Assembly: GCA_044223005.1 (NCBI GenBank)
Contig: JBGAML010000002.1
Coordinates: forward strand, 224,001 to 288,000
Source: Candidatus Eiseniibacteriota bacterium
Lineage (GTDB): Bacteria; Eisenbacteria; RBG-16-71-46
DNA: 64,000 nt
Reading direction: 5' to 3'
This document shows positions 41,780 to 51,074 of this stretch, piece by piece (positions within the stretch are counted from its first letter, which is position 1; each line of letters starts with the position of its first letter). The notes under the pieces were generated by a model. It was not told the DNA's origin, searched no databases, and worked only from the letters and a program-made list of their open reading frames with translations. The translations under genes and the position numbers were made by a program.

Positions 41780-42535
41780 TCAGCCCTTCGTCGCGTCGCG
41801 GAAGCGCCGCGAGACCGCGTCCCAGTCGACCACCTTCGCGAACGCGGCGACGTAGTCCGCGCGGCGGTTCTGGAACTTGAGGTAGTACGCGTGCTCCCAC
41901 ACGTCGATCCCGAGCAGGGGAGTGCGCCCGGCCGTGAGTGGTGAATCCTGGTTGGCGCTGGTCTCCACGGCGAGTTCCCCGGAGGACGCGCGCGTGAGCC
42001 ACGCCCAGCCGCTCCCGAATACGCCGGCCGCCGCGCCGTTGAATTTGTCCTGGAACGCGGCGAACGAACCGAACGATTTGTCGATCGCTCCCGCGAGCTC
42101 GCCGAGGGGGGCGCGCGCGCCGTCGCGCGCGAGGCTCGTCCACAGCAGCGAGTGGTTGGCGTGTCCGCCGCCCTGGTTGCGGATGGCGGTGCGCACTTCG
42201 GCGGGCAGCGTCTCGAGCCGGCGCAACAGTTCCTCCACCGGGAGCGCGGCGAGATCGGCGTGGCCGGCCACCGCCGCGTTCAGCTTGGCGACGTAGGCGG
42301 CGTGGTGCTTGTCGTGATGGATCTGCATCGTCTGGGCGTCGAGGTGCGGCTCGAGCGCGTCGAACGCGTAGGGCAGCGGTGGCAGGACGAACGGCCCCGT
42401 GGGTGCCGTCGGTGCCGCGGCGGGCGCGGTGGCGTGCGGATCGGCCGGCATCTCGGCGGCGCCGGCGACACCACCCGCGAGCACACCTGCGGTGCCGATC
42501 GTCACGGTCTTCAGGAAATCGCGTCGCGTGGTCAT
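41780..42535 (-). CDS. sodA: Fe/Mn superoxide dismutase (Mn-type residues) with Tat signal peptide
   Basis: TRRDFLK; LPYAFDALEP, HHDKHH, NQGGGHANH, FGSGWAWL, NQD, DVWEHAYY; AAGGAG RBS. Confidence 0.93.
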   Translation of the reverse strand: MTTRRDFLKTVTIGTAGVLAGGVAGAAEMPADPHATAPAAAPTAPTGPFVLPPLPYAFDALEPHLDAQTMQIHHDKHHAAYVAKLNAAVAGHADLAALPVEELLRRLETLPAEVRTAIRNQGGGHANHSLLWTSLARDGARAPLGELAGAIDKSFGSFAAFQDKFNGAAAGVFGSGWAWLTRASSGELAVETSANQDSPLTAGRTPLLGIDVWEHAYYLKFQNRRADYVAAFAKVVDWDAVSRRFRDATKG

Positions 42536-42679
42536 CCGGGACTCCTTTCGAGAGGTCGGCCGTGTGAGACCGGAAACTAGCACGCGCGGCCAACCCGCTC
42601 GTAAACGCGACGAGCGGCCGCTCGCGCGGCCGCCCGTTCGCGGCTTCCGGCGCCCCCGCGCCGTGCCCTTCCGGTTCCG

Positions 42680-45436
42680 TCAGCGCGCCAGCGCCAGGCG
42701 CTTCGCGCCGATCATGCGGCCGTCCACGACCACGCGCACGAAGTAGAGCCCGGCGCGTGCCGTGGCGCCGCCGTCGTCGTTCGCGTCCCACGTCGCCGTG
42801 TGCCGGCCGCCGGAGAGCCGTCCGAGCGCGAGTGAGCGCACGCGCCGCCCGAGCAGGTCGAGCACGTCGACGCGCACGTCGGCGTCGCGCGCGAGCGCGA
42901 AGCCGAGCGTCGCGGTGCCGCGCGAGGGGTTCGGGCCGAGCGCGTCGAACACCGGCGCGTGCGGCCCCGGACCGTCGCCGACGCCGGCGCCGGCGACCGT
43001 CAGGCTCGCCGTCGTGCTCGTGTCGTTGCCACAGGCGCTCGAGACCACCATGTGGTAGTCGCCCGAGTCGTACGACGTCAGGTTCGAGATCACCAGGTTC
43101 GGCGTACTCGATCCACCGATCGCCGAGCCGCTGAACGTGGCGCCGTCGGCGAGCGCCGTGTTGCCGTGGTACCACTGGTACGCGAGTCCGGAGTAGCCGC
43201 TGGCCGCCGACGCGGAGAACGAGAGGGTCGCGCCGGGTCCCGCGCTCTGGGACGTGGGCTGCTGCACGAGGAACGGCGTGCCGGTTTCACTGAATCGTGC
43301 CCAGTTCACGCGCCACATTCCCCCGGCGACGAGGAACTGGCCTCCCGCCTGCACCTCGCCGTTGCTCGTCGTGAGCGCGAATACGGTGCCGTCGACCCCG
43401 GCGTCGGGCTGCTGCCAGCTGCCGTCGTACCAGGCGATGTGCGCCGCCGGGATGCCGCCCGCCGTGGTGAACTCACCGCCCACGTAGAGCCGCGTGCCCG
43501 TCGAAACCAGCGCGTGCACGCGCGCGTTCGTACCGCCCGTCGCATAGGTGCCGTAGCTCGTCCCGGTGTAGTAGGCGAGGTTTGGCGAGCTGTTGATGCC
43601 CGCGAACAGGCCGCCGATCGCCAGCGCACCGTTGTGGATCTCGAGCGCGAACACCTGGCCGATGAAGTTGCCGCCGCACGCGCTCCAGCTGGTCCCGTTC
43701 CAGCGTGCGAAGCCGCCGGTGGTGATGCCGCCCGCGGTGGTGAAGTCGCCGCCTGCGTACAGGTACCCGCCGAAGCTGCGCAACGCGCGCACGGTGCCGT
43801 TCATGCCGCCGCCGACGGGCTCCCATGCGCTGGTCGTCGTGTTCCAGCGCGCGACGTAGCTGGTCGTGACGCCCGAAGCCGTGAACGCACCGCCCGCGTA
43901 GGTGGCGTTGTTGAAGCGCTCGATCGCGTAGACGTCGGAGTTGAAACCCGCGCCCATCGCCTGCCACGCCGGCGGCGGGAATCCCGAGACGGGATCCGTG
44001 ACGTAGCGCGCGATCCGTGACGCCGGAACGCTGCCCGCCGTGCCGAAGTGTCCGCCGGCCACGAGCTCGTACTTGCCGGAGATGCCGGGGTTCTTGAACG
44101 AGCAGAGGGCGGACACCGATCCGTCGACCCCCGTGTCGTACGCCGAGAGACTCGAGCCGTCCCAGCCGGCGACGTTCTGCACGGCCGCGTTGCCGAGCAG
44201 CGACTGGGTGAAGCTGCCACCGGCGACCGTGCGCCCGAGATGGTTCGTCAGCGCGTAGACCGCGGACGAGTGACCGCCGCCGAACGCGGACCAGCTGCTG
44301 CCGTTCCAGTGCGCGAGGTGGCTCGCCGACCAGCCCTCGGCGTAGCCGAACGAGCCGCCGACGATCAGTTCGCCGTCCCAGGGATAGATCGCGCCCGGCT
44401 GCGCGAAGTAGTCGAGCCCCGAGCCCAGCGGGGACCACGAGGTGCCGCTCCAGGCCCAGATGTACTGCCCGCCGTCGTCGCCCGAGGCGATCAGCGAGCC
44501 GTTGTAGTAGCCGAGTGCCTCCACCGATCCCGGGAGGATGCCGTTGGGCCGGCTGAAGGCCGAGCCGTTCCACTTCGTGATGTACCGCATCTGCGGGGTG
44601 ACGTTGTTGATCGTCAAGAACCGTCCGCCGATGTAGAGCTCGCCGAGGTAGGGCTGCAACGACGTGACGGGGGCGCTCGGCTCCGCGCCCGCGAGCGACG
44701 ACCAGGTCGATCCATTCCAGGTCGCGAGGTACTGCGCGGGCCCGCCGTCCGCGATCGTGAAGTCCCCGCCGACATAGAGCTGGCCGCCGTACTGGGCGAT
44801 GCAGGAGACGCTGTGGTAGCACGGGTAGATGCTGCAGCCCACGCCACTTCCGAGCGGCTGGAACCCGTTCGCATCGCTGGTCCAACTCGCGACGCGCTGG
44901 AGGGGGTGGACGCCGTCGGCGTCGGCCGTGAACGAACCCGCGAGGATCAGTTGGCTGTTCCAGACGGTCATGGCCTTGACGATTCCGTTCACGCCGTTCG
45001 GAAAGTAGCTGTTGCCGAGCGGCTTCCAGGTGCCCCCGTCGTAGCGCGCGACGTTGCTCGTGGCGACGCCACCGGCATGCGTGAACGCGCCGCCCACGAC
45101 CAGTTCGTCGTTGTAGACCGCGAGGCTGTAGATCGGGCCGTCGGTGCCGGCTCCGAGCGGCTGCCACTGGCCCGTGGCGGGATCGAGCAATGCGACGTGG
45201 CTGGCCGCCACGCCCTGGATCGACGTGAAGAATCCGGCGACGACCAGCATCTCGGGCCGGTTGTCCGGTGGGTCCCACGAGAGCACGGCCATGACGGTGT
45301 TGTTGGTGCCGTTCACGCCCGTTCCGTTGTCGAGCGGTCCCGCCAGCCAATCGGCGCACTGGGCCGAAACCCGTGCAGGGGAGAGCGGAACGAACAGGGC
45401 GAGCGCGGTGGCGATCGCGAGAAGCGTGGAGCGCAT
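42680..45436 (-). CDS. Secreted beta-propeller repeat protein with Ig domain and FlgD-Ig/T9SS-like C-terminal domain
   Basis: AGGAGA RBS, signal peptide. Repeats of V.AL..(Y/F)...LY.GG.FT.AGG.....A.W.G..W..LG; QQP...YQWY...DSGDY; tail GPNP...WDAND..G...GLY. Confidence 0.92.
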   Translation of the reverse strand: MRSTLLAIATALALFVPLSPARVSAQCADWLAGPLDNGTGVNGTNNTVMAVLSWDPPDNRPEMLVVAGFFTSIQGVAASHVALLDPATGQWQPLGAGTDGPIYSLAVYNDELVVGGAFTHAGGVATSNVARYDGGTWKPLGNSYFPNGVNGIVKAMTVWNSQLILAGSFTADADGVHPLQRVASWTSDANGFQPLGSGVGCSIYPCYHSVSCIAQYGGQLYVGGDFTIADGGPAQYLATWNGSTWSSLAGAEPSAPVTSLQPYLGELYIGGRFLTINNVTPQMRYITKWNGSAFSRPNGILPGSVEALGYYNGSLIASGDDGGQYIWAWSGTSWSPLGSGLDYFAQPGAIYPWDGELIVGGSFGYAEGWSASHLAHWNGSSWSAFGGGHSSAVYALTNHLGRTVAGGSFTQSLLGNAAVQNVAGWDGSSLSAYDTGVDGSVSALCSFKNPGISGKYELVAGGHFGTAGSVPASRIARYVTDPVSGFPPPAWQAMGAGFNSDVYAIERFNNATYAGGAFTASGVTTSYVARWNTTTSAWEPVGGGMNGTVRALRSFGGYLYAGGDFTTAGGITTGGFARWNGTSWSACGGNFIGQVFALEIHNGALAIGGLFAGINSSPNLAYYTGTSYGTYATGGTNARVHALVSTGTRLYVGGEFTTAGGIPAAHIAWYDGSWQQPDAGVDGTVFALTTSNGEVQAGGQFLVAGGMWRVNWARFSETGTPFLVQQPTSQSAGPGATLSFSASAASGYSGLAYQWYHGNTALADGATFSGSAIGGSSTPNLVISNLTSYDSGDYHMVVSSACGNDTSTTASLTVAGAGVGDGPGPHAPVFDALGPNPSRGTATLGFALARDADVRVDVLDLLGRRVRSLALGRLSGGRHTATWDANDDGGATARAGLYFVRVVVDGRMIGAKRLALAR

Positions 45437-45685
45437 GGGGCTCTCCTGCGGCGGAGATGGAGTGGGCCGGGCGAACCCGGGGGGGGCGGCGATCGCGGCG
45501 GGGGGACCCTCGGCCACCCACCGCGCTGTCGGGTTCCTACGTTCGAGCCGCCCCGGGCGAACGAGCCCCGGATCCGCCCTTGGTCCCGCGCGTTGCCGGG
45601 TCTACGCTTCGAGTGTCGGTCGTCGTTTCGGCCGGGCGGGCCGATCCGCCCGGGTCGTGCGGTGCGCCGGCACCTCGGAGGTCGC

Positions 45686-47029
45686 ATGCGTTCCCCACAC
45701 GCTCCCCGCGCGCGCGCCGTCGCGCTGCTCGTCGCCGTGCTGCTGGTGCCATCGCTCGCCGCCGCCTACACGCAGCCCGATCTCTCCGGGCCATGGCGTT
45801 CGCAGAGCATCGGATCCGGACCCGGTGCGCCGTGGTGGGAGCGCAGCCGCGCGATCATCACGACGAGCGGGGGCCTCACGGTCTACGCCGTCGACAATCT
45901 CGGCGAGCTCGACACGCTCCAGGCCAGCATCTCGCTCGACCCGGCGGGTATCGTCACGTTTCCCGGCGCGCCCGCCTTCCACGGGGCGCTCGACCTGGGC
46001 ACGACGTTCTTCGTGGGCACCGACACCTGGACCGGCTGGGGCGCCGGCACCACGGAGCTCAAGACGGCGGTCAAGTCGCTCGGCGGGTACACCGTCGCGA
46101 ACCTCGCGGGCGACTGGGAGGTGAACTCGATCGCCTCGGGTGCCGGTGCGCCGTGGTGGATGCGCGGCCGGATGTCGATCGCCTCGAACGGCGCACTCTC
46201 CGGCACGTTCACCGACAACACGGGAGCGAGTGATCCCGTCGGGGGCTCGCTCGGCGTGGCGGCCGACGGCGCCGTCTCGCTCTCGTTCGCGCCGCTCGCG
46301 CAGGGCTGGGTCGATGCGGGGCGCACCGTGATGGCTCTCACCAACACGTGGTCCGACGGCACGCCCGGAACGGCCGAAATGGCGGTGCTGTTGCGCATGG
46401 CCTCCTCGTACGCGCCGAGCGATCTCGCGGGCACGTGGGAGCTGCATATCCTCGCCACCGGTCCCGGGGCGCCGTGGTGGAGCCATGGACAGATCGTGAT
46501 CGCGTCGAACGGCACCGCCAGCGGCACCATGTTCGAGAGCGACGGCAGCAGTCACCCGGTGAGCGGCACGTTCACGCTCGCGTCGAACGGCGTGCTCGCT
46601 CGCAGCGGCGCGCCCACCGCGCGCGGCGTGCTCGACGCCGGGCGCACCGTCATGGTGTGGACCGACACGTGGACGACCGGCGCTCCCGGCACGAGCGAGA
46701 TGACGATCGGCGTGCGAATCGCGGGCGGCTCGACGGCGGGCGCGCCCGCCCCGGCCGCGTCCGCGTTCGCGCTCGAGCGCGTGCGGCCGAACCCGGCGCG
46801 GGGCCGCTCGCTCGACGTCGCGTTCACGCTCGCGGACGCCGGCGCGGCGCGGCTCGAGTTGCTGGACGTCGCGGGCCGCGTGCTGGCCGCGCGCGACGTG
46901 GGCGCGCTGGGATCGGGAGCGCACCGCGTCTCGCTCTCGCCGGCCGCACCCGTGCGACCCGGCCTGTACTTCGTGCGCCTGCGCCAGGGTGCGAACACGC
47001 GGACCGAGCGGGTGACCGTGCTGGATTGA
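45686..47029 (+). CDS. Secreted protein with three 107-aa repeats and C-terminal sorting-like domain
   Basis: GGAGG RBS, signal peptide. Y...(D/N)L.G.W......G.GAPWW repeats start at 45767, 46088 and 46409; tail RPNP...LLDVAGR...GLY. Confidence 0.9.
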   Translation: MRSPHAPRARAVALLVAVLLVPSLAAAYTQPDLSGPWRSQSIGSGPGAPWWERSRAIITTSGGLTVYAVDNLGELDTLQASISLDPAGIVTFPGAPAFHGALDLGTTFFVGTDTWTGWGAGTTELKTAVKSLGGYTVANLAGDWEVNSIASGAGAPWWMRGRMSIASNGALSGTFTDNTGASDPVGGSLGVAADGAVSLSFAPLAQGWVDAGRTVMALTNTWSDGTPGTAEMAVLLRMASSYAPSDLAGTWELHILATGPGAPWWSHGQIVIASNGTASGTMFESDGSSHPVSGTFTLASNGVLARSGAPTARGVLDAGRTVMVWTDTWTTGAPGTSEMTIGVRIAGGSTAGAPAPAASAFALERVRPNPARGRSLDVAFTLADAGAARLELLDVAGRVLAARDVGALGSGAHRVSLSPAAPVRPGLYFVRLRQGANTRTERVTVLD

Positions 47030-47046
47030 CCGCTGCCGCGGTTCCG

Positions 47047-47089
47047 ACGGGCGCGGCCGGTCCACCGGCCGCGCCCGTTCGTGTTCGTT
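47047..47089 (+). terminator. Probable intrinsic terminator
   Basis: ACGGGCGCGGCCGG-tcca-CCGGCCGCGCCCGT (14-bp stem) followed by T-enriched TCGTGTTCGTT, 17 nt after the stop. Confidence 0.65.
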
Positions 47090-47285
47090 CCGGGCGTCCG
47101 CGGCCGGATGCAGTGTCCGGGGGGGCGCTCCGTTCGCGTTCTCTTCACGGAAGCGCGCCCGGCTTCTCGGTGGGCGCGAGTCGTACCGGGGTCCCCTCGA
47201 CCCCAGTGCCCACGGGGGCCTCGTGTTCGCCCGATCGCTGTTCGCCGCCATCGATTGCACGGGCTCCCGCCCGCGGACCGCGCCG

Positions 47286-47852
47286 TCAGGAGCCGGCGGG
47301 ACCGTGCAGCGCCTGGTGCAGCAGCGCGCGGGCGAGACGCCAGTCGCGGCGCACCGTGCGGTCGCTGATCTCGAGCGTCTCGGCGATCTCCTCGTCGGTG
47401 AAGCCAGCGAAGTAGCGCATCTCGACGATGCGCGCGTAACGCTCGTTCACGACGGCGAGCTGCGCCATGGCCTGGTCCACGGCGAGCACCTGTTCGGGAT
47501 CGCCTTGCGAGGCGCCCGCGTCGTCGTCGAGTTCGACCTGTTCGAGCCCGCCGCCGCGCTTCTGCGCGGCACGTCGGCGCGCGTGGTCGACCACGATCTG
47601 GCGCATGGCCATGGCGGCGACCGCGAAGAAGTGGCGGCGGTCCTGCCACTCGAGCGACGTGCGGTCGAAGAGCTTGAGGTAGGTCTCGTGGACGAGCGCC
47701 GTGGTGTCGAGCGTCACGCCGCGCCGCGACGGGAGCCGGCGGCGCGCCATCGCGAGCAGTTCGCGATAGACGACCTGGAAGAGCTCCGCGCGGGCGGGCT
47801 CGCTGCCGCCGCGGACGTCGCGCAGGAGGGACGTGATGTCGTCGTTTGCCAT
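47286..47852 (-). CDS. ECF-type sigma factor, TIGR02999 family
   Basis: DITSLL...VYREL..MA...TLDTTALVHETYLKL...FFAVAA.AMRQIVVDHARRR.AQKRGG...TVRRDW.LARA. Confidence 0.95.
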   Translation of the reverse strand: MANDDITSLLRDVRGGSEPARAELFQVVYRELLAMARRRLPSRRGVTLDTTALVHETYLKLFDRTSLEWQDRRHFFAVAAMAMRQIVVDHARRRAAQKRGGGLEQVELDDDAGASQGDPEQVLAVDQAMAQLAVVNERYARIVEMRYFAGFTDEEIAETLEISDRTVRRDWRLARALLHQALHGPAGS

Positions 47853-48121
47853 GAGTGCGCGGCCCGGTCCTCGCGAGAGCGTGCGGCGGCGTCGCGAGCC
47901 CGCGCGGCCGCCGGCCCGCGTACGCCCGCCGGCACCGTCGCCGGGGGCAGCGAGCATGCGGCGAGCTTAGCACTCGCGTGCCGCCCGGATCGACGGACCT
48001 CTCGCCGCGCGCGGGGCGGCTCGGGCCCCATGCTAACCTCGACACGTTCATGAGCCGCCCGCACGCACCCGATGCCGCCGCGTCCGGGAGTGGTTCGCTC
48101 CCCGATCCCTGGAGCCGTTTC

Positions 48122-50830
48122 ATGTCCTTCGACGCGTCGCGTTGGCCGCAGGTCGAGCGCATCGCCGGTGAGGCGTTCGAGCTTCCCGCCGACCAGCGTC
48201 GCGCCTTCGCCGAGCGCGAGTGCGGCGCGGACGCCGCGCTGCTCGCCGACGTGCTCGCGATCCTCGCCGCCGATGCCACCGCCGACCCGGCGCTCGACGT
48301 GCCGGCGAGCGAGCAAGCGGCGAACTGGCTCGAGACCGAGGACCGCGACGCGGGTGCCGGGCTGATCGGCCGCACGCTCGGGCCGTACCGGCTGGTCGGC
48401 GTGATCGGCGAGGGCGGCATGGGGCTCGTCTACGACGCCGAGCGCGCGGACGGCCAGTTCGAGCAGCACGTCGCGATCAAGCTGCTCAAGTGGGCGGGTG
48501 CGACGCCGGAATCGCGCAGGCGGTTCCTGCGCGAGCGCCGGATCCTCGCGCAGCTCGAGCACCCGCACATCGCCCGGCTGATCGACGGTGGCGTCACCGA
48601 GGACGGCTCGCCCTGGTTCGCGATGGAGCGCGTGGTGCCGGGCACGCCGATCGACGCGTGGTGCCGCGAGCGCGCGCTCGACCTGCGCGGGCGGATCGCG
48701 CTGGTGCTGCAGGCGTGTGACGCGATCCAGGTCGCGCACGCCCGGCTCGTCGTCCACCGGGACTTGAAGCCCAGCAACATCCTCGTCGACGGATCGGGCA
48801 CGGTGAAGCTGCTCGACTTCGGCATCGCCAAGCTCGTCGAAGAGGACGACGAACAGGTGACGCACGCGCACGCGCGGCCCATGACGCCGGCCTACGCCTC
48901 GCCCGAACAGGTCGGCGGCGGAGAGATCACCACCGCGACCGACGTCTACTCGCTGGGCGTGGTGCTCTACGTGCTGCTCACGGGGCGCGCGCCGTACGAG
49001 AAGCCCGCGACCGGCGCGGGCTGGAGCCAGGCGATCCTCGAGAGCGAGCCCCGGCGCCCGAGCGCGAACGTGGACGACCGATCGATCGCCTCGCGGCTCA
49101 CGGGCGACCTCGACCGCATCGTGCTCAAGGCGCTCGAGAAGTCGCCCGAGCGCCGCTACGCCTCCATGGAAGCGTTCGCCGACGACCTGCGCCGTCACCT
49201 CGCGGGCCTGCCCGTGCGCGCACACGAGCCTTCGGTGAGCTATCGCGTGCGGAAGTTCGTCGCGCGCAACCGGCTGCTCGTGGGCGGTATCGCCGCGACG
49301 ATCGTCGCACTGGCGATCGGGCTCGGCACCACGCTCTGGCAGGCGCAGCGCGCGCGCGCCGAGGCGCATCGCGCGGAGGCGGTGCAGGAGTTCCTCGTCA
49401 GCGTCTTCCAGTCCTCGGACCCCGACCAGGGGCAGGGCGAGGAACTGACCGCGAAGGAGATCCTCGAGCGCGGCCGCGCCCGCATCGACCACGAGTTCGC
49501 GAGCGACCCGGATGTGCGCATCGCGCTCTGGGAAGTGCTCTCGGACCTCTACACGACGATCGGCGACTACCCGTCGGCGCTCGAAGCCTCGCGGCGCCAG
49601 TCGTTCGCCGCGCTCGAACGCTACGGTCCGGCGTCGGCCGCCTACGCCCACGCGCGCCGGGGCATGGCGTCCAACTACCTCGACGTCGAGAAGACCGACT
49701 CGACCGTGCTCGTGCTCGCGGAGGCGATGCCAATCCTGCGGCGCACGGTGGGGGAGCGCAGCGACGACATGATCGAGGCGTACAACGCGCAGGCCGGCGC
49801 GGCGGTGGAGCACGGTGACCGCAACGGTGGCATCGTCGCGCAGCGGCGCGCACTCGCGATCGCACGCACGCTCTACGGCGCCGAATCCTCCGCCGCGGCG
49901 CGAATCGAAAACGACCTCAGCGTGTCGCTCGGCGACGCGCCCGAGGGCCTGGTGCTGGCGCAGCACGTCGAGCGCGTCTACCGGCGCGAGTACGGTGCGG
50001 TGTCGTACCTGCACGGCGTCGCGCTCTACAACGTGGGCAACCTGCTCTACGGCGCGGGCCGGTTCCCCGAAGCCGCCGCGGTGTTCGACTCGCTGTTGCC
50101 GATCCAGTTGAAGTTGCTGGGGCCGAAGCATCCCAAGACCGCGCTCACGTACCGCCAGCTCGCACGCCTGGCCGGCAGCTTCGGCGACTACGACCGGGCG
50201 CGCACGCTCATGCTCCAGGCCATCGAGGCGATCGATGCCAACGCGGGCCCCGCGTCCACCGGCGCGGCGCTCGCCCGCGGCCAGCTCGCGTACATCGAAT
50301 GGCAGGCGGGCCGCTACGACGACGCGATCCGGCGGGGCCGCGACGCCGTCGACATCCTGAAGCGTCGCGGCGAGCGCAACGGCAACCTCGCGCTCGCGCT
50401 GACCGAACTCTCGCCCGGCTACCTCGGCCACGGTGACGCCGCGCTCGCACGCGCGACGGCAGAGGAGGCGGTGCAACTCTCCGAGGGCGAGGACTCGCGC
50501 TTCCTCGGCAACGCGCTCCGGCTCGCCGGCGAGGCGCGGCTCGCGCTGGGCGATCGCGCGGGTGCCGCGACCGTGCTGCAGCGTTCGCTCGCGGCGCAGC
50601 GCGCCAACGGCCAGGACCGCATGGTGCCGTACGCCACCGCGATCGGCCTGCTCGCGCAGGCGCGCGAAGGCACGGCGCCGCGCGCCGAGTGCGACTCGCT
50701 TCATCGCGCGGCGCTCGCGCTCTTCGCGAAGATCGCGCCCGCGCAGCAGCGCGAAGCCGTCGACGCGCGCGCGGCCTACGAACGCTTCCGGCACGGCAGT
50801 GCGGGGCCGGGGGGCGGCTCCGCACGCTGA
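48122..50830 (+). CDS. Membrane Ser/Thr protein kinase with TPR repeats
   Basis: GEGGMGLVY, VAIK, HRDLKPSN, DFGIAK, TPAYASPE; one TM segment; TPR-like LGPKHPKT. Alternative start at 48050. Confidence 0.95.
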   Translation: MSFDASRWPQVERIAGEAFELPADQRRAFAERECGADAALLADVLAILAADATADPALDVPASEQAANWLETEDRDAGAGLIGRTLGPYRLVGVIGEGGMGLVYDAERADGQFEQHVAIKLLKWAGATPESRRRFLRERRILAQLEHPHIARLIDGGVTEDGSPWFAMERVVPGTPIDAWCRERALDLRGRIALVLQACDAIQVAHARLVVHRDLKPSNILVDGSGTVKLLDFGIAKLVEEDDEQVTHAHARPMTPAYASPEQVGGGEITTATDVYSLGVVLYVLLTGRAPYEKPATGAGWSQAILESEPRRPSANVDDRSIASRLTGDLDRIVLKALEKSPERRYASMEAFADDLRRHLAGLPVRAHEPSVSYRVRKFVARNRLLVGGIAATIVALAIGLGTTLWQAQRARAEAHRAEAVQEFLVSVFQSSDPDQGQGEELTAKEILERGRARIDHEFASDPDVRIALWEVLSDLYTTIGDYPSALEASRRQSFAALERYGPASAAYAHARRGMASNYLDVEKTDSTVLVLAEAMPILRRTVGERSDDMIEAYNAQAGAAVEHGDRNGGIVAQRRALAIARTLYGAESSAAARIENDLSVSLGDAPEGLVLAQHVERVYRREYGAVSYLHGVALYNVGNLLYGAGRFPEAAAVFDSLLPIQLKLLGPKHPKTALTYRQLARLAGSFGDYDRARTLMLQAIEAIDANAGPASTGAALARGQLAYIEWQAGRYDDAIRRGRDAVDILKRRGERNGNLALALTELSPGYLGHGDAALARATAEEAVQLSEGEDSRFLGNALRLAGEARLALGDRAGAATVLQRSLAAQRANGQDRMVPYATAIGLLAQAREGTAPRAECDSLHRAALALFAKIAPAQQREAVDARAAYERFRHGSAGPGGGSAR

Positions 50831-51074
50831 TTCACTCCCGGCCGGACGCGCAGGTCGCCCGGCACGTTGCGGATTGCGGTGCCACTCCGCTTCCGGGCCA
50901 CCGGACCACTCCCGAACCGCCTTTGCGGCAGCACGAGGGCGCGGTACGCTTACCGGAATCCAGTCGTACTTTCGGCCCCGTCCGCCATCGGTCGGGACGC
51001 CCCGACCCCGGGGCGCCCCCCCGGCGACCCCGCTGGTGAGCGGCGCGGAGCCTCCGATCGAAAGGCCCTCATCC

